DNA of 62,679 bases, filler included. It is 7 parts of 7 records of this genome, joined end to end, with 100 filler letters (N's around TTAATTAATTAA, not from the genome) between each part and the next. Parts side by side here need not be neighbours in the genome. Positions count along the whole stretch, not along the records: positions 24,540 to 38,299 come from DRR723986_19102; positions 38,400 to 51,482 come from DRR723986_19108; 5 more parts are not named here. The stretch is one strand, 5' to 3'. The notes beneath the pieces are model-generated. The model was not told the DNA's origin, searched no databases, and saw nothing but the letters and a program-made list of their open reading frames with translations. Positions 29,677 to 38,562 of the stretch are shown one piece after another (position 1 is the stretch's first letter; each line of letters starts with the position of its first letter). The position numbers were made by a program, and so were the translations under genes.

Positions 29677-31335
29677 TCAGTTCCCTGCGAGGCGACTTTC
29701 AAGGAGCTTACCTTGCTCCTTGAGCAGTGGGTAGGCAGTCATAGCGAATGCCGTGTTTAACATTTTTAATGAACGTAACAGGTCGATATGGATTGCGCTG
29801 GTTTCAATCGATTCCACAAGACCTTGGCGCAGTCGAATTAGGTGCATACGCTCAAACTTCTGTTCAATATCTCGGATCATTTCTTTTTGCTCGACCAGCT
29901 CGCGAGCGGCGCCTATGTCACTGGACATCAATACGGCAATACCGTGTTGAACATTCCTGAGTACCTTATCGTGAAAGTCTGACAATTCGCGCCGTCCAGC
30001 GTCAGAAAAGTTCGTCTTCTGCAAATGCTTTTTGCGAGCGAGGCTAACCACTTTTCTTGCGATTACGTCCGCGCCAGATTCGAGGTTTGTTGCAACGCCG
30101 GCCAAATCAAATGCGCGTGTCCCGGTGTCCTCATTCGGGTCGCTGCTTCGAACCCCCGATAAGTAAACCCTGAGACCGTGAGACATCTGCGATACGATAC
30201 GTTGCTCCGAACGCACTTTCTCTGCGACAGTTTCGTCGAAATGGTCAAACAGAGGCATAGTGTCCCTCAGCATCATCTCGATGCGGTTTCCCATGTCGAC
30301 CAGCTCCCTCTGTGCACAAGAAAATGCACGGGCGGGATGGTTTCTTACGGTAGGATCAAGAGCCGAACGTATATTATCGTGATTGGTGTGGTCTTTTTGG
30401 GATACGAAAAATGCCACCAACTGTGCTGAAGGTTTCAAAAGGCCCAAGCCTATCAGAAGCAACGCCCCATTGAAGGCGAGATGCACATTAAGTGTCCTTT
30501 GCAAAGCAGTCGTCCCAGGCACGATAAGGCCAGCATCGAGCCAAAAGAGCCAACCTAAAGCAATAACAGCACCACCCCCTCGTAATAGGAGGTTTCCAAA
30601 TATCACTCGCCGAACTTCAAAATCTGCGTTCCAAGTCAGAAAGAATGCAATGAAAGCACCACCCAAGTTTGCACCCAACACCATGGCAAAAGCTGCTTGC
30701 TCAGGAAGTACCGTCTCTGCCGCTAGGGTCGCAAAAAGGAGTACCGCTGCAACACTGGAATGGACGAGCCAAGCGAATACCACGGCGAGCAGGAAGGCAG
30801 TCAGCAAGTCACCTGAAAGATAGGCCACAGCTGAACTTACCCCTTCGCTTTGCAATAGTGGAGCGCTGGACCCGCGGATAAGGTCGAGCGAAAGGAAAAC
30901 AAGAGCGAGGCCGATTAGAATCCGACCGATCTGCCTGAGAAATCGTCGGGAACTTCTCAAGAAAAACAATACACCGATAAGTAGCAATACCGGTGTCACT
31001 GCAGAAATTGAGGATGTGAGGACCTGAGCAACAATCGCCGAACCCAAGTCAGCACCAAGCATGATGGCCAGCCCAGCTGTGCCAGTAATGGAACCTGCTG
31101 ACATGAACCCCGCGAGAAGTATCGCCACTGCAGTAGAACTCTGAAGGAGTATCGCGGCGGCTGCACCCGTAGATGCTGCGGCAAAACGATTGTTTGTAGA
31201 ACGCTTGAGACGTTGGCTGAGCTGATTGCCAAAAGCACGCTCAAAGCCGGTACGCACGAGGCGGACTGCCCAGATCAAAAGAGCCGCAGCTGCCGCTAGG
31301 TTCAGAACAACAGAGATTGGAGAAATTTCCATCAT
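29677..31335 (-). CDS. Na/Pi cotransporter family protein with PhoU-like tail
   Basis: LQSSTA, MLGADLG, VHSSVA, VLGANLG repeats; SIETSAIHIDLL. Confidence 0.93.
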   Translation of the reverse strand: MMEISPISVVLNLAAAAALLIWAVRLVRTGFERAFGNQLSQRLKRSTNNRFAAASTGAAAAILLQSSTAVAILLAGFMSAGSITGTAGLAIMLGADLGSAIVAQVLTSSISAVTPVLLLIGVLFFLRSSRRFLRQIGRILIGLALVFLSLDLIRGSSAPLLQSEGVSSAVAYLSGDLLTAFLLAVVFAWLVHSSVAAVLLFATLAAETVLPEQAAFAMVLGANLGGAFIAFFLTWNADFEVRRVIFGNLLLRGGGAVIALGWLFWLDAGLIVPGTTALQRTLNVHLAFNGALLLIGLGLLKPSAQLVAFFVSQKDHTNHDNIRSALDPTVRNHPARAFSCAQRELVDMGNRIEMMLRDTMPLFDHFDETVAEKVRSEQRIVSQMSHGLRVYLSGVRSSDPNEDTGTRAFDLAGVATNLESGADVIARKVVSLARKKHLQKTNFSDAGRRELSDFHDKVLRNVQHGIAVLMSSDIGAARELVEQKEMIRDIEQKFERMHLIRLRQGLVESIETSAIHIDLLRSLKMLNTAFAMTAYPLLKEQGKLLESRLAGN

Positions 31336-31342
31336 TATTGTC

Positions 31343-32140
31343 CTAGAACGGATATGGCCCGCCGAAAGAGTCTAGGGCCACCGTGCTCCAGATCCCCCCC
31401 TTGGCTGTATCAATTATCACACAACCAGTTGGCCCATTCAGAAAACCTATCTTGGCATCTAGTCGGCGATCTAACGCAAAACTGCTGCAAATCGAAGGGG
31501 CAGTTGCGACGCGGCAATTACCTAGCTGTCCGTGGTGCACGCCATGTACATGACCGGCGACAACTAAAATATCATGGTCCACAGCAGTAATTGCAGATTT
31601 TAGAGATTGCGGGTTTTCGAGGCCTATTGCATCCATGAAACGAATGCCGGTTGCGATCGGCGGGTGATGTAGCATCACTATTACCGGTCCGCCGCCCCAT
31701 GAGCCCAGTGCATCTTGTAAAAACGCAATACTGGCTTCGCGGAGAAGCCCCGCCCCCCTGCCTTCGACTAGCGTGTCAAGACCGACAACCAGCGTACCAT
31801 TTATTGGCACCGCCCAGTCGACGAATCCCGAGAGTGAGGTTTCGATCAAATCTGCAAAGGAGTTTAGAAAAGGTTCGCGCGCATCATGATTGCCTGGCAC
31901 TACGTAGAGAGGCAGTCCAAGGCGTTGAAGTTCGGCTTTTGCAAAGGCATAGCTATCCGCACTGCCATCATCACTGATATCACCAGACACAAGCACGGCG
32001 TCAAGCGGACCCAGTGCAGCTTTCATATTGAGTAGCCGATCTATTGCTCTTGTAAGAATGCTACGCGTGTCTAAAACGCCTGAAGCGTATGCCCCTTCTA
32101 CGACAACATGCAGGTCACTTAGTTGTAAAAACCGCGCCAT
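31343..32140 (-). CDS. Calcineurin-like metallophosphodiesterase (CpdA/GpdQ-like)
   Basis: SDLH, GDISD, GNHD, HHPP, GHVH metal motifs. Confidence 0.92.
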   Translation of the reverse strand: MARFLQLSDLHVVVEGAYASGVLDTRSILTRAIDRLLNMKAALGPLDAVLVSGDISDDGSADSYAFAKAELQRLGLPLYVVPGNHDAREPFLNSFADLIETSLSGFVDWAVPINGTLVVGLDTLVEGRGAGLLREASIAFLQDALGSWGGGPVIVMLHHPPIATGIRFMDAIGLENPQSLKSAITAVDHDILVVAGHVHGVHHGQLGNCRVATAPSICSSFALDRRLDAKIGFLNGPTGCVIIDTAKGGIWSTVALDSFGGPYPF

Positions 32141-32144
32141 GACC

Positions 32145-32954
32145 TCACTTGATCCCCGCACGCAGAAAGGCCTGCACGAACTGGCGCTGAAAGATGAGGA
32201 AGGCTAATAAAAGTGGTGCTACTGACATCATTGTGGCCGCTGATATCACGCTAATGTCTACCCCGTTTTCCGGCGCACCAAAGATTGAAAGGCCAACTGT
32301 TAAGGGGCGCGTATCGGGTGAGTTAGTCACGATAAGCGGCCAGAGGAAATTATTCCAGTGAGTAGAGACCGACACCAGCGCGTATGCAATGTAAGTTGGC
32401 CGAGCAAGAGGTACATAAACTCGCCACAAAATTCCGAACCAGCTGCAGCCCTCGACCCTTGCAGCCTCATGTAGTTCGATAGGTAAACCTTTAAATGCTT
32501 GGCGCATGAGGAAGATGCCGAAAGCCGAAGCCATATATGGCATGCCTACGCCAAGGACTGTATCGAATAGGCCGATCCGAGACACCATTGCATAGTTCTC
32601 CACAATCAGCACTTCTGGTAGGATAAAAAGTTGCATTAGCACGAGTATGAACACGATATCTCTGCCTGGAAATTGTACCTGAGCAAAGGCAAAGCCAGCA
32701 AACGTCGTCACGATGAACTGGCCGATGAGTATGACCGTCACTAGAACGAAGGTATTGAGAAAGTACCGGATCCAAGGTGCGCCTCCCCAAGCTGTACGGA
32801 AATTGTCCAGCGTCCAGGGCGACGTAATATTAAAATTTACTGCATCAGAAGTTGTGTGAAATGCCGCCCAAAAAGCGAATACCAATGGAGAGATCCAAAT
32901 CAACGCTAGGAGGAGTGCGCCAAGTGACTCAATGTGATGTAACAGACCCTTCAT
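32145..32954 (-). CDS. CUT1 ABC transporter permease (UgpE-like)
   Basis: EAA loop ELHEAARVEG, WNNFLWPL. Confidence 0.93.
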   Translation of the reverse strand: MKGLLHHIESLGALLLALIWISPLVFAFWAAFHTTSDAVNFNITSPWTLDNFRTAWGGAPWIRYFLNTFVLVTVILIGQFIVTTFAGFAFAQVQFPGRDIVFILVLMQLFILPEVLIVENYAMVSRIGLFDTVLGVGMPYMASAFGIFLMRQAFKGLPIELHEAARVEGCSWFGILWRVYVPLARPTYIAYALVSVSTHWNNFLWPLIVTNSPDTRPLTVGLSIFGAPENGVDISVISAATMMSVAPLLLAFLIFQRQFVQAFLRAGIK

Positions 32955-33844
32955 TGGTAGTGAGTCCGTTTATCTAGAGCGGTAAACTTAATGCCCGCGA
33001 CCACGCCAAGCACTGTAAGTACGAGTATGGTCATAGCTGCTGCATGTGGTGCATCGAAGAAAGCAAAAGCCATCTCCCATATGTAATAGAGGATAAGTTT
33101 AGAGGCGTCGTTTGGTCCACCCTTGGTCAAGATGAACAGATGATCGATCAGCTTCACTGAGTTGATTAGTGCATTGACCATGATGAAAAGCGTGGTGGGC
33201 ATTAGCAGCGGCAGCACAATTCGGCGTGTATAGGTCCAGCGACTGGCGCCTTCGATATCGGCAGCCTCTTTGAGGTCCTCAGGAATGGTCTGAAGCGCTG
33301 CAAGGTAGAAGATCATAAAAAAACCCGCTTCTTTCCAGATTGTCACGATAATTACCGCCCATAGCGCTGTTTCGGGCTGACCGAGCCAATTGATGCTTGG
33401 CATGCCAAAGAGGCTCCCGATCTGGTCTAGAACGCCTAAGCCAGGTGTATAGAAAAAGAGCCAGAGGTTTGCTGCAGCAATCATAGGCAAGACGGTTGGC
33501 GTGAAATACGCTGTGCGGACGAAGCCGCGTGCGGGAATCTTAGAGTTGGCCCAAAGCGCCATCGCCAATGCTATAGCGATGGAGATTGGGATGGTCGCAC
33601 CTGCATAAATCAGGTTGTTAGTCACAACTTTCCAAAATGTCGGATCGGCAAAGAGATCTGCATAATTTTCGCCACCTACAAATTCGCTTGGGCGGCGACG
33701 AGTACCGCGGCTGAATAGACTGGACCAAAGTGTCGCCAGAGACGGATAAAATGCGAATGTTGTGAGCAGGATTGCAGCTGGAGACAGCAATATCCAACCA
33801 TAGATAGCTTGCCTGCGGCGTTCGATGGCGACATGTTCAGACAT
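32951..33844 (-). CDS. CUT1 ABC transporter permease (UgpA-like)
   Basis: ALQTIPEDLKEAADIEGA, TKGGP. Confidence 0.93.
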   Translation of the reverse strand: MSEHVAIERRRQAIYGWILLSPAAILLTTFAFYPSLATLWSSLFSRGTRRRPSEFVGGENYADLFADPTFWKVVTNNLIYAGATIPISIAIALAMALWANSKIPARGFVRTAYFTPTVLPMIAAANLWLFFYTPGLGVLDQIGSLFGMPSINWLGQPETALWAVIIVTIWKEAGFFMIFYLAALQTIPEDLKEAADIEGASRWTYTRRIVLPLLMPTTLFIMVNALINSVKLIDHLFILTKGGPNDASKLILYYIWEMAFAFFDAPHAAAMTILVLTVLGVVAGIKFTALDKRTHYQ

Positions 33845-33901
33845 TAGGTATACCCGCGAGGTAACAGGTGCCCAACAATATGCCGGACACCCGATTAGGC
33901 A

Positions 33902-35158
33902 TTACTGGTAATCGCGTAGCAAGCGCACTGCTGCGGCTTGCGCTTCTGCCAGCGCATCTGCCGGCGATGCCGCACCGGTTAGCGCCGCTTGAATTGCATT
34001 GTTCAAACCTTCGCGTACACGAGCAGTTTCAAAGGTCGAAAACTCCGCAACGGCGTTTTCAAGCTGATTGCGTGCAACCAGCGCCGGAGGGAATTCCTTA
34101 GTGTAATTCTTAAGTGCTTCTGTTTCATAAGCAGCGGGTGACACGCCCATATAACCCGTACCAATCGACCAAGCAGCCGCTTGCTCCGGCGACGTCATGA
34201 ACTCGATCAACTTCAAAGCAGCAGCTTGTTCCTCTGGTGTAGTGTCTTTGAAAACATAAAAGTTTCCACCCCCAGTCGGAGAGCCTTTACGCACGTTTGC
34301 AGGCAATTCTGCGACACCGAAGTCGAAAGTTGCGTTGTTTTTTACAGCAGTCAAATTGCCTGTGGAATGCCACATCATCGCAGTTTGCCCTTCTAGGAAG
34401 GCCTGGCGCAAGGTGCCCCACTCAACAGTACCCTTTGGCATGATGCCGTGCTCTTGGCTAAGTGACTTCCAGAATTCGAGTGTCCCAATGACATCTGGGT
34501 CGTCGAAATAAGTGGTCAGGCCATCATTTGACATAACCTCTTTGCCATTCTGGATCGCCAGAGCTTGGAACATCCAATAAGGATACCCAGTCGATGGGAT
34601 CATCAGGCCATACGTGCCATCTTTGGTCAGCGCCTTGCCCATATTGATCATTTCGTCCCAGGTGGTTGGTGGAGCGTCGGGATCAAGCCCAGCGGCGCGG
34701 AACATATCCTTGTTGTAATACGCAACTATGGTCGAGCGCTGGAATGGGATACCCCACGTCTTCCCCTCAATCTGACCATTGGCCATCAACGCCGGATAAA
34801 AACTTTTAAGCCATTCCGGGTCTACACCATCGATGTCATCGAAAGCGACGATATATTCCTGTTCAATAAGATCATAAGCGTCGATCGAGAACATGACAGC
34901 CAATTGCGCAGGTTCACCAGATGCAAGTGCCGACAATGCACGTACACGCGTATCATCGTAGTTGCCGGAATAGATCGCGTTGACCTTAATGTCCGGGTTC
35001 GCAGCTTCAAAGTCAGCGACGATACCGTCGACGACTTCCGTCAGCGCACCACCAACTGCGATCGGGTAGTACATAGTAAGTTCAGTTTCAGCCGCTACTG
35101 GTGCGGAGATGACCGAGGCTGACACTGCTGCCAGTCCCAATTTTCTGAGTGCGTTCAT
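33902..35158 (-). CDS. ABC substrate-binding protein (UgpB-like)
   Basis: Signal peptide, GIPFQRST..YYNKDMF; SD AGGAGG. Confidence 0.92.
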   Translation of the reverse strand: MNALRKLGLAAVSASVISAPVAAETELTMYYPIAVGGALTEVVDGIVADFEAANPDIKVNAIYSGNYDDTRVRALSALASGEPAQLAVMFSIDAYDLIEQEYIVAFDDIDGVDPEWLKSFYPALMANGQIEGKTWGIPFQRSTIVAYYNKDMFRAAGLDPDAPPTTWDEMINMGKALTKDGTYGLMIPSTGYPYWMFQALAIQNGKEVMSNDGLTTYFDDPDVIGTLEFWKSLSQEHGIMPKGTVEWGTLRQAFLEGQTAMMWHSTGNLTAVKNNATFDFGVAELPANVRKGSPTGGGNFYVFKDTTPEEQAAALKLIEFMTSPEQAAAWSIGTGYMGVSPAAYETEALKNYTKEFPPALVARNQLENAVAEFSTFETARVREGLNNAIQAALTGAASPADALAEAQAAAVRLLRDYQ

Positions 35159-35196
35159 TGGTATCCTCCTTGAAAGTTCATCAAACGTTTTGCCGA

Positions 35197-36228
35197 TCAC
35201 ACGGCTTCTTGAGCGAGCCTCTGGCCCATGGAGTCAAAAAAATGTAAATCACTGTCAGAGAAAGTTATTTCCACCTCCTCACCTGCTGGAATATTCTGCA
35301 AACCGGGTAAGCTAACCGTCAGTCCAGACGCCCCTGGGTGCGACAATCCAATAAAGGTCTCAGATCCCAGAAACTCGCACTCCGAAACTTTACAAGTCAT
35401 CCGCCCAGTTCCAGCTTTGGCAACCTCAACGTTTTCGGCACGCAAACCTATACGGGCCACATGTCCAAACCCTGGCAGCGCAGATCCGTCGATCAACGCC
35501 ATCGGCGGTGCGCCAACAAACTCTGCAACAAAAGTGTTGGCAGGTTTGTAATACAGCTCCTCCGGTGTTCCTGTTTGTTGAATATGACCATCCTTCATGA
35601 GGACAACCATATCAGCCATGCTCATGGCCTCAGTTTGGTCGTGGGTAACGTAGACAACCGTAATGCCGAGATTTGTTTGAAGTTTTTTAATATCTTTACG
35701 AACCGATGCGCGTAGCTTTGCATCTAGATTGGAAAGCGGTTCGTCCATCAAACAAAGGGGCTGATTTGCGACGATTGCTCTAGCCAAGGCAACACGCTGC
35801 CGCTGACCTCCCGACAGTTCTCCTGGTTTGCGTTCCTCGTAGCCGAGAAGTCCTGTGATCTCTAAAGCGCGCTTTAGTTTCTCACGCCGATCTGCAGCTC
35901 CTACCTTACGGACTTTCATGCCAAAAACGACGTTTTCAGCCACGCTTAGATGTGGGAATAGCGCATAGGATTGGAAAACCATTGATAGATTGCGCTCAGA
36001 TGGCGCGGCCTCGGTCACGTCACGGCCATCTATCACGATATGCCCCTCGTCCGGCCATTCGAGCCCAGACAAAAGCCGCAAGGTTGTTGATTTTCCACAA
36101 CCCGAAGGGCCAAGCAATGCGACGAAGGCTCCCCGTGGTATCGAAAGCGATATGTTCTCAACACCAAGCTGACCGTTCCACCGTTTGGCGACGTTTTTTA
36201 AGCAAACGAATGGTTCCGCTACATTCAT
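35197..36228 (-). CDS. ABC ATP-binding protein (UgpC/MalK-like)
   Basis: GPSGCGKST, LSGGQRQR, DEPLSNLDAKLR. Confidence 0.95.
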   Translation of the reverse strand: MNVAEPFVCLKNVAKRWNGQLGVENISLSIPRGAFVALLGPSGCGKSTTLRLLSGLEWPDEGHIVIDGRDVTEAAPSERNLSMVFQSYALFPHLSVAENVVFGMKVRKVGAADRREKLKRALEITGLLGYEERKPGELSGGQRQRVALARAIVANQPLCLMDEPLSNLDAKLRASVRKDIKKLQTNLGITVVYVTHDQTEAMSMADMVVLMKDGHIQQTGTPEELYYKPANTFVAEFVGAPPMALIDGSALPGFGHVARIGLRAENVEVAKAGTGRMTCKVSECEFLGSETFIGLSHPGASGLTVSLPGLQNIPAGEEVEITFSDSDLHFFDSMGQRLAQEAV

Positions 36229-37001
36229 TGTGTCTTTTCCGCAAACATTAACTGTTCACCAAGCGCTTCGAGGATTGGGTTAAATTTTGCTGCCGGCGGC
36301 CGATCACAGACGATTTGATCCACATCCGTTATCCGCGCACCCGCTGCTGGAGCAAGACGACCAAATTTACTATGGTCAATCACCAACAACGAACGCTGAG
36401 CATTGGCACGCATACGTTCAGACGCCCGAACCTCAGACTCATGGAATTCCAGCAATCTCCCATCTTCGCCAACACCGGCGGTTCCGAAGAGGGCAATCTC
36501 AGCACGGAAGCGGCCAAAGAAATCGACTACTTCTTCACCAACAAAATCGCGGTCGGGAAGCCGTAGTTCGCCCCCAGGGAGAATGATACGGTTAGAAACC
36601 TCTTCGCTCAGCGCCATTGCTGCACTGAGGTTGTTAGTGATAATCGTTAGCTCTTTACGATACCGAAGGGCCCTCGCAACACTCAGAGTCGTAGAGCCAA
36701 TAGATATAAATAGCGTGGCTCCATCAGGTATTTGAGATGCTGCCACCTCAGCAATCGCTCGCTTGCTCGCAAGGTTCGTTCCGGCGCGCTGGTCAAAGGG
36801 TGTGTTTAATTTTTCTTCAGCCAGTTCAACGCGCCCATGAGACCTGCGCAAAGTTTTGCCATCACACAAAATGTCTATATCGCGCCGGATAGTTTGCGTT
36901 GAAACACCGAGCATTTCGGCTAGCGAGCCAACGCTAACACCTCCCCTTTCTTGTACGACCTGGTGAATCATGTCGTGCCGTTTGATCTTCTTAGATGCCA
37001 T
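36225..37001 (-). CDS. DeoR/GlpR family regulator
   Basis: GVSTQTIRRDI HTH, GSTT, TNN, DHSKFG. Confidence 0.93.
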   Translation of the reverse strand: MASKKIKRHDMIHQVVQERGGVSVGSLAEMLGVSTQTIRRDIDILCDGKTLRRSHGRVELAEEKLNTPFDQRAGTNLASKRAIAEVAASQIPDGATLFISIGSTTLSVARALRYRKELTIITNNLSAAMALSEEVSNRIILPGGELRLPDRDFVGEEVVDFFGRFRAEIALFGTAGVGEDGRLLEFHESEVRASERMRANAQRSLLVIDHSKFGRLAPAAGARITDVDQIVCDRPPAAKFNPILEALGEQLMFAEKTQ

Positions 37002-37062
37002 TGTTTACCTGTCCGTTTCGACAAACCATAACCATTGAAAGCAACAAAACAACAAATTTTTA

Positions 37063-37080
37063 ATGACATTAAGATGACAT
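37063..37080 (-). promoter_or_regulatory. PHO box (PhoB site)
   Basis: Minus strand ATGTCAT-CTTA-ATGTCAT, an 11-bp-period direct repeat matching CTGTCAT-N4-CTGTCAT, oriented toward the ABC operon. Confidence 0.7.
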
Positions 37081-37206
37081 AGCGCAGATTCACATCCATT
37101 AATTGTAGCTTTGTTGTTTTTACTTTCATTTCTCAGGGTCCTTGCTACCATATCCTAAGCCACCCACGTAGCGCGTGGCACATATTGATAGGGCAGCACT
37201 ACACGC

Positions 37207-38091
37207 ATGAATGACGTCAACACCATTTTTGAAAGGTACCAGTCAGTCCGTCACCGCCTTCCTGTCGCTAATTTCCGCGACCAAACAATCCATGCAAATT
37301 CACTGCTGGACTTAGCTGGTGATATCGACGCTTTCGTTTTCGATGCTTTTGGCGTTTTGAATGTTGGGGAAACACCAATCCCGGGCGCTGCAGAACGTCT
37401 CGATCAACTACGTGCAGCTGGATCCGAAGTTCGGATTTTGTCAAACGCAGCAAGTTACGGTCACAACCGCTCGGCTGAAAAGTTCCGCAGACTTGGCATA
37501 CAGGTCGAAGCAAATGAAATCATTACTAGCCGGGATGCGGTTATAAAGGAGCTGGATGATATCCTCTGGGGGTGTGTTGCTGCCCCATCTGATGATTTAT
37601 CCGATATTTCGCCTGCAACCCTGCGTCTTGAAAACGCCCAGGCTGACTATGACAATGTCGAGGGCATATTGTTCCTTTCTACCGAGATTTGGAACGCTGA
37701 ACTTCAGACCCTTCTAACCGAGAGCCTTTTGGCCAATCCGCGGCCTGTCATAATTGCCAACGCTGATATTGCCGCTCCTCGTGATAATGGCTTCTCTCTA
37801 GAACCAGGATATTATGGTCATCTAATGGCCGACCTAGGGCTACCGAACATCAGTTTCTTTGGAAAACCGTATCCCGAAGTTTTCAATATGATCGAAGAAA
37901 CCTTGGACGGCATTCCAAGAAATAGAATTGCCATGTGCGGAGATACATTACATACGGACATCCTTGGCGCGGCTGCTCAAGGGTGGCGTACTGTCCTTGT
38001 TGAACGTGACGGTATGTTTTGTGGAGTGGATACCTGCGATTATCGCTCATCCTCAAAGATTATCCCGTCTTGGCGGCTCTCACGTATATAG
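37207..38091 (+). CDS. HAD-IIA family phosphatase
   Basis: FDAFGVL, LSNA, GKPYP, MCGDTLHTDILG. Confidence 0.92.
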   Translation: MNDVNTIFERYQSVRHRLPVANFRDQTIHANSLLDLAGDIDAFVFDAFGVLNVGETPIPGAAERLDQLRAAGSEVRILSNAASYGHNRSAEKFRRLGIQVEANEIITSRDAVIKELDDILWGCVAAPSDDLSDISPATLRLENAQADYDNVEGILFLSTEIWNAELQTLLTESLLANPRPVIIANADIAAPRDNGFSLEPGYYGHLMADLGLPNISFFGKPYPEVFNMIEETLDGIPRNRIAMCGDTLHTDILGAAAQGWRTVLVERDGMFCGVDTCDYRSSSKIIPSWRLSRI

Positions 38092-38183
38092 AGTAGTCGC
38101 ATATGGCGCAGTTGGCTTCTTGTTACCGTAAGAATTTTTGGAAATGCTCATGTCCCAAATTTTCGCAGAATCTAGCCAAAACT

Positions 38184-38203
38184 TGCTTCCACAGTGCTTC
38201 CAC
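38184..38203. repeat. Tandem 9-bp direct repeat (integrase arm-type site candidate)
   Basis: TGCTTCCAC at 38184-38192 and 38195-38203, about 67 bp from the tRNA 3' end. Confidence 0.6.
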
Positions 38204-38269
38204 GGGCAGCCAAAACGAAAACGCCGCCCAAAAGGGCGGATGTAACTATTTGAAAATTCAGGTTTTTTT

Positions 38270-38299
38270 GTTGCGGGGGTAGGATTTGAACCTACGACC
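38270..38299 (-). tRNA. 3' half of tRNA-Met (initiator type), cut by contig end; possible att site
   Basis: Minus strand GGTCGTAGGTTCAAATCCTACCCCCGCAAC: T-arm and fMet-type acceptor strand; complete CCA not encoded. Confidence 0.8.
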
Positions 38300-38399
38300 N
38301 NNNNNNNNNNNNNNNNNNNNNNNNNNNNNNNNNNNNNNNNNNNTTAATTAATTAANNNNNNNNNNNNNNNNNNNNNNNNNNNNNNNNNNNNNNNNNNNN
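38300..38399. other. Artificial contig linker
   Basis: N-run with TTAATTAATTAA. Confidence 0.99.
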
Positions 38400-38524
38400 T
38401 CATCCCGGCCAAGCGCAGCGCGAGCCGGGGTCGGGGAGGCGCAGATTTCTCGGCAATTCATTTCCCGAAAGAGAGTATCGGGCTCGCCGATCCCGGATCT
38501 CCGCTTTGCTGCGTCCGGGATGAC
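38400..38524. repeat. Alphaproteobacterial REP/RIME-like palindromic element
   Basis: Outer IR TCATCCCGG...CCGGGATGA; each end also folds locally (CCCGGC..GCCGGG and TCCCGGA..TCCGGGA). Confidence 0.75.
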
Positions 38525-38562
38525 CATCTGAGAGGTATTCATTCCGCTGAACCTCCCCACGC

